DNA of 62,094 nucleotides, filler included, from Sphacelaria rigidula (Eukaryota), in NCBI GenBank assembly GCA_964200075.2. It is 5 parts of 5 records of this genome, joined end to end, with 100 filler letters (N's around TTAATTAATTAA, not from the genome) between each part and the next. Parts side by side here need not be neighbours in the genome. Positions count along the whole stretch, not along the records: positions 49,757 to 62,094 come from CAXNAA020003879.1; 4 more parts are not named here. One strand, 5' to 3'. The notes under the pieces were generated by a model. The model did not search any database. It saw only the letters and a program-made list of their open reading frames with translations, and was not told the DNA's origin. Position numbers and translations under genes: made by a program. Positions 52,701 through 62,094 of the stretch are shown here, in pieces (positions within the stretch are counted from its first letter, which is position 1; each line of letters begins with the position of its first letter).

Positions 52701-55700
52701 GCATACCACAAGGCGCCGCCACAGCCCCGGGATGCTTTCAACGCTTAATGCAACGCGTCACCGAGGGCCTCGAGCACATCATCATGTATGTACTTGGATG
52801 ACGCTATCGCTTTCGATGCCTCACCTATTGCACATATACGCACTCTACGAGAATTTCTCTCTCGCCTACGTACGCACGATTTGAAACTGTCTACATTCAA
52901 AGCTCGCCTTGGCGCGACTGACTTGGATTTCTTCGGGCATTCCGTTTCGTCAGCAGGCCTGCATCCGGATACAAACAAAGTCAAGGCGATGACTGATTTG
53001 CCGATGCCAACTAACACTTCTCAACTTCGCTCATTGTTGGGTGGGCTATCCTACTACCGCATTTTTTTGAGCTACTCAAAAAAGGAGCCGTGTTTTTTTT
53101 CACCACAGAAATGGAGACTATCACCCGCGAATTACTCAAGACGCTCATCGAACAGCCCGTACTTTGCTTTCCTGATTGGGATGTAGTACAAGATGGCTCC
53201 CACCTTTTCCAACTCCATACTGACGCCAGCACAAATGGTTTTGGCGGAGTTTTGAATCAACCTCAGGTTGATGGCCCTGTCCGACCCATCTTTTATATCA
53301 GCCGCGCTACCCTGCCCAATGAAGCCAATTGGAGCCCGCTAGAACTGGAAGGCGGGGTAATCAGTTGGGCCATTAAGTGCCTTCGACAATATCTGTTTCA
53401 CGTGCCCTTCGAGATATATACGGATCACGGAGCACTTGAACAACTCGCCAAGGTTGGTGAACACAACCCTCGTGTACAACGATGGTTGGAATTTTTAACA
53501 GCATACCAGTATACCATTAAGCACCGTCCAGGCAAAACCAACGGGAACGCGGATCTTCTTTCCCGCCTGCCTCTGCCGCCTACGGCCGCAGATTCCAGCC
53601 CGGCTTGCTGTTGAACGGAACCCGATGAACCCGGAATTTACGCGATCAGACGTTTTTCAACGCCCGTTTACGCCCTCGACCTCCAGTGCCCGGAAACAGG
53701 TATGCATATGGGACGACCTCGCCCTCTACCATATGACGCCGTCTTAAGTGGGTTAACGCCCACTACCCCCGATTTTGTCGATTTCCGCACTTTCGGTACT
53801 CGCGCGAAACTCTTCGCAGAGACACCCCCAGTCACCCACCTTATCTCCGACAACACGCGTTCCCGGTCTGCCGCCCGCACCACACCGAGTGCCTCACCGC
53901 CACCGACAACACCTACAACTTCTACGAGCCACCCGACACAAGTTCCGCGGACCAACACGCAAAGCTCCGCGAAAACTTCTGCACCGTGCGCCACGCGCCG
54001 CAGACAACCTCCGCCGCGCACTGAAACAACCCCGCCGCCAATGACGGCGCTGCAAACATCTTCTGCCCCCGAGCACGGGACTGACGCCTCGTCGCCTGCT
54101 CCCGAGACAGATATTGACGTCGGCATTTCTGCCCCGTCGCCTATTCCCCGGCCGCCTGCCCTACCATGTTTGGTCGGCTCGCCAGCGGAAGGTCAACTAC
54201 GCGAGTTTCTCGCCAGCTACTCCCACCGTGATTGGGCTCGTGAACAAAACGCAGAACCGCTATGTCGCGCAGCCATTCGGTACTTACAGCTTGACTGTCC
54301 AGTCCCCTTTCCGTCCGCGCTTCTGGCCCCGGTCAGGACACTGCCACCGCCAGTTATTTCTGACGTATACGAGCTCGTGCGTAAAGGCACCCGTTTCACT
54401 ACGGATGAAGGCGTGCAACTACCCGTACGTCGGCCCTCGCCCTTGACAGGCGCAATTGCCGCCTCAACTACTGGACGCACCGCTCGACTACTCAATGACG
54501 AACCAACGCGCATATATGTGCCATTATTAATGTGCCCCTGGGTCATGAAAGGCTGCCATACAGACTTGTCATGCCACCTTGGCGTCACCCGCACCCTCGC
54601 GCTCCTGGAACGCTTCTGCTGGTGGGTCGACATGGAAATTTCAACCCGCTTCTGGATTCGGCGATGTTTTACATACCAAGCCCGAAAAACTTCACGACAG
54701 ACAGTACGCTGGCCCGTGATCTCTACGGGACTCCCCGACGAGCCCGGCCACCTTGTGTCCTTTGACTACTTCGGCCCTCTCCCGACCACAGGTCGCGGCA
54801 ACACCTACATCTTACTCTTCACTAACCGCTTTAGCCGCCACGCGTACATGTACGCGGTAACCACCGCAGATTTCACTGCCGCCGGAACGGCCGACATACT
54901 GGTCCATGATTACATTAAGCACTACGGCTGCCCAAAGCGACTACTTTCAGACAATGGTCAGCAATTTTGTTCAGACCTCTCGGATGAGCTTTACAAGCTC
55001 CTGGGCATCCGCAAAATTGCCACGAGCGCCTACCACCCGAACGGTAATGGTGGTACCGAAAGAGTTAATCACGCCATGGCCCAGATGCTCTCTATGGTTG
55101 TCAATAACCGCCAAAATGACTGGGACCTACATCTCTCGCACATCATATTGTCCTACAACAACTCGGTTAACGCCGCCACAGGCCTTTCTCCGAACGGAGT
55201 CCATCTTGGACGCTACCCTCGGCTGCCTATCACCGTGTTCGAGCGACACACGTTCGACGGTCACCAAGGATTGGATCAGGATCAGCTATCCTACCACGAG
55301 CTCGCACGTGCACGACAACGCAAAGCGTTCACCCTCGTGCGCGAACAACACGCTATCAATGCCTCGCGCCTGGAAAGATCTAACACTACTCTCTACAACC
55401 TCATGCACAAATGCCCTAACTGGAAAGTTGGTGATTGGGTTTGGATCTACAACAGCTTGTCGACCATCCGCCAAGGCACCAGCAAGGCAGCCAACGAAAC
55501 AATTTTGAAGACAAAATTGTCCCTAAATTGGACAGGACCTTTCAAGATCCTGACAGTCGGACCTTCGTCATCATCACCGGATGGAAAATCCGTTGGGGAC
55601 AAACTGCTCTATCTCGACATGCCTCACGACTTCCAGGGCAAAGACACCAAGCCCCGCGCCTCCGTGCACAGATGCAAACACTGAACGAACCCGCATGATA

Positions 55701-56422
55701 CAAGCGACATGCCCAAGTACCTGCCGGCCGGACTCGCACAGTATGTTCTCAACAGCTACTCGACCAAGTCCCCGCCCTACCACGTTACAACCCACGACGT
55801 GACGGAACAGCCCCTTCGGTTGGCTGTGTCCTCCATTTCCGGCCACCAGATAACCCGTGGCCGAGGAGGCAAGATCGTTGTCATGTATAAGACACACTGG
55901 CACGGTCTTCGGAGAGCGTCTTGGGAACGCGAATCCGACCTGCAATTGCACCGTCGTGCAATCCTCCTTTACTGGACGCAATCCCAACATCAGCATCTTG
56001 CTCATAACAAGAAATATCGCAACATGCGCCGTGGCGCAGCAGCCCGCGAACTTCACCACAACTAGGGACTACGCTTTGTCGCCGATGGTTACGAACTTGT
56101 ACCTTCCAAGACTTGTAAGACGAAGTTCTTTGCGAACCAGCGACTCCTGCCCAAGGGCAGCTACCTTTGGTTAAAAGGCAGCGACAGCCTCTGGTAGTTG
56201 GGTCAGACCCACTCCGCTAACCTGGTTTCGGCCGACACATACATCGTGCGCTTCATCGATGATCCTGGGCCCATACAGCTCAAGCTTCGGCCAGCGCTAT
56301 ACACCACCAGCCTATCTGCACCACGCGGATCCTGGTGTCTCCAGCGCCTCAAGTCCAAATGACTTCGCCGCGGTCTCCAGCGCAACATCGACCACACCAA
56401 CGACGTCCACGCCCCGCTTTGA
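49757..56422 (+). mobile_element. Decayed Ty3/gypsy (chromovirus-type) LTR retrotransposon gag-pol: PR-RT-RH-IN-chromo
   Basis: Protease LLDSGS. RT SPWASP, FDLASG, PQG and YLDD (a 4-bp atgt duplication at ~52785 shifts the frame). RNase H LHTDAS, IYTDH, ADLLSR. Integrase H..H/C zinc region, SFDYFG, SDNG, GTERVN, WTGPF. Chromodomain ISGHQ...YKTHWHG...SWERESDL. In-frame stops at 52427, 52682, 53612, 55682, 56063 and 56195. Confidence 0.95.
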
Positions 56423-57074
56423 ACCACGCGTCTTTGTCACGACTGTTGCCCCACCCCCATTTTTTCCCGTAAGCATTGTGTGCCCCCCCCTTCTCCACCA
56501 GGACCTTCTTCTACTACACAACAATAGCGCGACCTACATCGGACGACGATCAAGAACTACTGACACGACCGCTACCTACGACTACTGGAGCCACAGTATC
56601 CCCTTCATCTGGCGCTCGATCTCGTTGGATGACCGATTTTCAGCTTTTCGATTTTGCAGTTTTTAGCACTTTTTGGATTCCCCCAGGTTGAAGCTCTGCT
56701 CCCTGTCGTACCTTTGGCTTCCCCCAGGTCAAAGCTCTGCTCCCTGTTGTACCTCCCTGTTTTCCCCCTTAAGTTTTGCTAAGACGCCGAAGCAATTTGT
56801 GCTTCTTTGTTTATCACTTGCACGCCGAAGCAGTTTGTGCTTCCGCGTTTCGGAGCAATTTTTTCTGCTCCTCGAAGCAGTCTATGCTTCCCTTCTTTTG
56901 AGGTGTGGGAGTGGGTACAGGATTGTTGGTACGGGAATGTTGGGTACGGGGGTGTTCATTTAGGTATGCTTTATTAGCCGCTCATGACTTGACGAGTAAA
57001 GGAAAAGCCTTAGTTTTCGCTGCTTTGAGGATAAATCCTCGCAGCTGTAATAAAGGTTCGTCTGGTTGGGTTAG

Positions 57075-59140
57075 TGTCATGAAGATGCATACTAGCCTGT
57101 TGTCATGCCGCTTCAGACCCGTTGTCGAAGTCTGGCTTTCGTTGTCGAAGTCTGGCTTTCGGTTTTATTGGGAATCCCGGTAGATAAGGGATCCCGGTAG
57201 ACAAGACTACAGGTCTGTTCAGAGTTGGTCGGATACGAATGTGAACCTGTATAATTACAGATATGGCTTTGTCTTTGATCGTGCTTCACGATCAAAGCCC
57301 CCCCCACCAACCACTATCAACTGCTCCCCTCCGCTAGCCAGCAAATGGAAGTCTAACCATCGGTGAAAGATATTGGCTGGTCTGGGTTGGATTGGTTGAG
57401 TGGGTATTGGAGTTAGAATCAATATATTTAAGAGAGAAGTGAAGAACCTATTGCGTGAACCTCGTCTGATATTTGGATACTGAGCAGGCCACACGATATC
57501 TACAAGTTGTAACAGCCTGACGGTTGTACACTTGCCTGCCAAGCTTGTGCCTTGGGTTGCAAGCTGTGTCCTTGCATTACATTGCCGCCTGCGCTTTATT
57601 ACATTGGCGTTTGACTAAGGAGCTTCTTCTTTGGCTATTGCGTTTATTCCCTTGCACCGATTTGTATCCCTGGCTGCTAGCTGTGTACTCCAGCTGTTTG
57701 TTCATTTGCCCTTTTCCCTTCGGAGTTGTAGTCAAACCTACCGCCAGGTAGTCAGTAGCTCTCGAGCTTCTGCCCCGTGTGTCCCTCGGTAAAGTGTATT
57801 CTTGCCCTGCTACTTGCAATTGCTGTAGCGTTCGACGCCACATCTTGTGTGGTCAACGTGGCGTCAACGCGCACTGCTTGCTGTTCTTGCCGTGCTGTCA
57901 ATTTGACATCACCTGCACAAGGCCTAACGATATCAATCCCGCCTGTACGAATTTTGAATCTTTTCTTGATTCAACAGCCCGGCGCGACCCCCGCACCAAG
58001 CCATCGTTGGTTCGTGTATTTGGCCTTGTGGCCCCCTTTCCTTCCGCAGAATAAGTCTTCTACAACAGGTTTGTACAGAACACCAGTGCACAAAGGCGCA
58101 CTCTTCTTCATAGCCAGCCGCTGTTCCTGACCTGAGCTCCTGCCAAGCTGGCACGCTGCTGCTCTTATTTTTCAGTATCGATTGTACGCGACTGTTGTAT
58201 CTTTCCTTCACGAAATTACTGAACTAAGTACAGACCGTGTTCACATAGTGTGATAACGGACGTCTGTACCGAACTTTGGATTGTTCCGGCACTTTACCTT
58301 CGTTGCTCGAGCGACCTTGTTGTTGTAGCTTCAGCTTCGTTGCTTGTGGCCACTTTGTTCTTGTTGTCCTCTTGTGTACTTCGCACAGCCGTAAGGCAAC
58401 GCGGTACATCACCGTGGTAAGTAACAATACACAGAATAACGTACTGAGTTTGTATCCTTTGAAAACTTCTCGAACAAACAATTTTATTGTTCCAAGACGG
58501 TTTCGTTGAAATACTACTAGTTGAAGCATTTCAACCTCCGTTACGTGCTCATTTGAACAGACAGCACTCGAAATCGGTGCCCCTTGCCTGTGCACTACAA
58601 TCTTTTCGGCACCCGCTCCCAGCGTTGCCCCTGTTGTGCATCACATCACCTTTGTTCCACATACATACGTTGTCTCAACTTCGTTGGATGACAAGCCTTC
58701 GCTCTGCACTACGCAGTCCGAGTTCGCGGTCTACAACCGAAGCTTTGTAAAATCTTTTGTGCTGCCTTACGCTGCACAGTTTTCGTGCGCATCTGAGAAA
58801 GTATCTCTCTATCTTTAGTTCTTTTCATTTGCGCACCGCCAGTCGTTCCTCAACTTGTGCTGGGATCATACAGTTATAGTCTACCCGTGACGCTACATCC
58901 AGAACACGTGTAGGTTGTTCTTCCACGTACCAACGGTGCTACAGACACTCGGGTCCTCGCTTGTCTTCGGCGCCATACGCCTGTTCTGCGCACAATCCCA
59001 TGCTAGCTATTACCGCCACAACTTGAATAAAGTTGTTTTAATCAGACCCGGACATAAGTTGTTACAAACCGCAGTTCACTCGAATAAATTACTCAAGTAA
59101 ACCAGATCCTGCGGTCCCCTCACGCGCTATTAGGCTTCAT
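57075..59140 (+). repeat. Putative LTR between two tandem gypsy units (boundaries uncertain)
   Basis: Non-coding region between the end of pol and the next gag-like frame. It starts TGTCA, has a TATA-like aatatattta at ~57421 and AATAAA at ~59026 and ~59083. No second LTR is present to confirm it. Confidence 0.35.
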
Positions 59141-59541
59141 TATCCAGTATTTTCCAGATCACTCAAGCTTCGGCTTCTGCACGTAGCATCACCTGGTGTC
59201 ACACTCCTTTGATTGGAGCTGCAGACCAGACATACTGCACCTTCCTTTTTTAAGCACAAAGGCCGCGTACGCTCATCATGTCGCACAAAAATAAGTCTGG
59301 CTCTTCCCCTCAATTGGGAAACTAACCGCCTCGCCGGACCCGGAGTCAAACTACCGGCGGTTCGGAATCTTTCAAGACGAGCGGCACGCCACCTTCAACA
59401 CATCGCCGCACGTATGCGAGCGCTGTTCGTTCTTCGGGATCTGAAGACCAACATTCGAGCGAAGCTCATTCTTCAACACTTGAAGACCAGATTTCGACGC
59501 CGAGACCTGTTCTCTCACGTTCCGACTCGGACTCAGAGAAC

Positions 59542-62094
59542 ATGGTAGTGCAACCGGCCGAGTCATTGGTTCCTGACGCGCATGTCAGTGAGCCCATAAC
59601 GGTGGATTCCGTCGCACACCCCTCGTTGGCCCCTGCTCCCCCGAATCCCAATGTGGAATCCGGAGTTAGGATTGTGCCCTCAGTCGAGTCGTTGCCCCTG
59701 GACACACGCGTCCAGCTCGGCCCTGTCATGGATGCTTCAACCGTGGCACCCCGTCGCTTGACGGCTGACAACTCTCGAGACGCTTCTGTCCCGACGAAGC
59801 GCATCGCTTCTGGAGCAAGAGACTTTGTCACACGAGCTGCTTCCGTTATGGACCCCCTTCGCAAGACTCTTGATAGTCCCATGCGCCCTACTGCGCAGTC
59901 CAATGTCGGACCTACAGTTGCGGCCATGCATGCTGCCATGCAAACTCTGCATCGCACTTCCTCGGCGTCGTCGCCATCGCCAGCGCCAGCTCTCATCGAG
60001 ACATTTACGGATTTTTGCCATGCCACGCTCCAAGACCAGTCGGCGTCTGCTCATGTGCAATTCAATGATGATACTGCACCTGCCACGCCCAAACCCGTAC
60101 GTCTTGGGACCCGTTAAGCGACATCGCGTCCTCCGTTCATCACTCATGATAAATGCAGCAAACATGAATCCAGCCCTTCCTCAACGTCGCAGCAGAGCCA
60201 TACTCGCGCTTCTGACCGGTGCCGCACACCGACACTTGGTCATGACCATATCTCTCGTTCTGGCAGTTCTAAGGGCCACTCCCAGCCCAGCTTGAATTCA
60301 TCGCGCACTTCCACACGCCCGAAGAATACCGCTCATGGACACAAATATGGAGGCAGTTCACGCCATAGTTCCAATTCATCCCGCGCTCCTAAGCGCCCGG
60401 TGCATACTAACCATGGCCGTACTCACGAGGATGCCTTGCGGCCCCGATCAAGTTCTTCGCGCGTTAACTCGCGCTTGAACAACTCCGATCATGCACCTTC
60501 GCGCACCTCTACTGCTCAGCCTTTGTCCCACAACCGTCATTTACGCAATGATAAAACTGTACATGCTGACGATATCAAAAACATAGTTTCGGACATGTCA
60601 CCGGCTCCGGAATCCTCAATATCAGGATCCGACCGCACCTCACCGCACAACCGAAGACAACGCACTGACCGCGAACCACCGTCCCGTTCCGACGCTGCGC
60701 TTATTCGTACTCTGCAACAACGTTTGACAGATCTCGAACGGCTACTCGCGACAGCAACTATGGACGCTCAACGCACTACCACTACTGTCAGCAAGACCAT
60801 TCGCGCTCCCGCAGCTACTGCTGCCGCTACCACGACTGCTGCGCATCCGGCCGCCCCTGCGCTGGCTCAGACAACCGCCGCCGCCCCGCCTGATATTGAC
60901 ACGGATGCCGATAGCGGCTCCACCACGGCTCCTGTGCGCCCTCCCTCATCCGTGGAGATTCTCTCTCCGCTTGGCGATGAGCACTGCCCCACCGGCCTGC
61001 TGTTACGCCTTTTCACAAACCGGCCACGCGCTGAACAGCAACAACTGATCGCTGACTATAAGTCGCAGGACCCTACGCTGACGCAAAACTTCCTCGGCAA
61101 ACAACGCGATGCCGCCGCCGCCGCTGCTCGCCTCCTTCTGGAGGAGCACGAGAGTACCCTCAAGGACCTCCAGCGGCAGGCCTCTCTCGCTCAATCTACG
61201 AGCACGGCTGCTCAACGAGCGCTCGACGAAGGCCGTACGGCGGCTACGGCGGCTCAAAGACGGGTTCGTTAACTCGAAGATCATGTTCAGCGGACCGCCC
61301 AAGCAGCGGCCTCGTCGGCGGTCCGCCTGACTGATCATCAAGCCGTTCCGCCTTCCACCGACAACTTGCTCAGGCCCCACCTGCCGGCGTCCAACAGAGC
61401 GTCGTATGTCATCCCTCGCAAGTCCAACAGGAAGGCGCCTGCTGCGGCCGCTGCCGCCACCACGACGCCTCCAACACCGCCGCGTCACGGAGTTAGCTCG
61501 GTGCCGCACACAGTTTCTTCGCCAAACTTGCGACTGGTGTTTCACGAACGAGAATGGCTTTCTCGTTCTGTGTCGACCTATACCGGTCACTTCGACCGGC
61601 GAAACCACCTGCACTGCTCCCCAACCGCCTGGGCCTTGATATCCCAACTTGATCTTTACACGGTTGGGGGGTATGTCGAACAGAACGGCTTCCTCCCCAA
61701 GGCAGGCGTCTCGGTGCTCACCTTGGGCCAACTAGTTTTGCAGACTACCGTTGGCGATCACCAATATCACCACACTTACGTTGAAGCGGTCGGGGAACTT
61801 TTTGTGGCGCTTCGCGCTGCCTACAAGACTCATCCCGGTGCTACCCTTAACGGAGACGAAGATGAAGATGGGTGGACCCCTGCAACATCCAACTGCCGGA
61901 GACCGAAGAAAAAACACCAGCGCGACGACGATGATACTGATGGAGGGAATTCACGCCGCCGCCATGGCGGTGGAGGATCTTCTTCAAGCAGTTCCGGACC
62001 GAACCGCCCGCCCCGCAAGCCGAAAGGCAAGCACGCTGGAGGCAACTCTTCCGGCTCATCCGCATCGGCCTGGAACCGGTCCGGTGAAGCTCTT
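59542..62094 (+). pseudogene. Degenerate N-terminal gag-like region of a second gypsy unit
   Basis: One long Ser/Thr/Pro/Arg-rich frame broken by stops, with coiled-coil segments (LIRTLQQRLTDLERLL; LLEEHESTLKDLQRQ). Same strand and composition as the upstream element. Confidence 0.55.

Noticed and set aside
59194-59210. tggtgtcacactcc as the gypsy PBS
   Set aside because: It is not preceded by an LTR-type CA end, and I could not match it convincingly to a tRNA 3' end.

Overview
Eukaryotic, intron-rich and repeat-rich DNA. It is most likely a brown alga (Phaeophyceae); this is an inference from short GT-AG exons in long introns and from repeat and gypsy sequences that resemble, from memory, those of Ectocarpus. 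The window is five separate contigs (12340, 12340, 12338, 12338 and 12338 bp) joined by artificial 100-nt N/TTAATTAATTAA spacers, so nothing should be linked across the spacers. Contig 1 holds SINE and foldback repeats and weak hypothetical exons. Contig 2 holds six exons of an RMND5/GID2 CTLH-complex E3 ligase gene, with introns full of nested retroposons. Contig 3 holds an exon of a putative SAM-methyltransferase-like gene, a divergent hypothetical gene and a decayed LINE. Contig 4 holds a multi-exon soluble LRR plus protein kinase gene with an HGDLYAHN catalytic loop. Contig 5 is a decayed Ty3/gypsy chromovirus followed in tandem by a second gag-like region. Two signals stand out. First, a LINE and a non-autonomous partner share a ~75-nt 3' end; all seven 3' ends in the window run into an oligo(C) tract rather than poly(A), and the three LINE copies have G/C-tract target-site duplications. 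Second, the gypsy integrase ends in a chromodomain followed by a second, Tudor/PWWP-like module.
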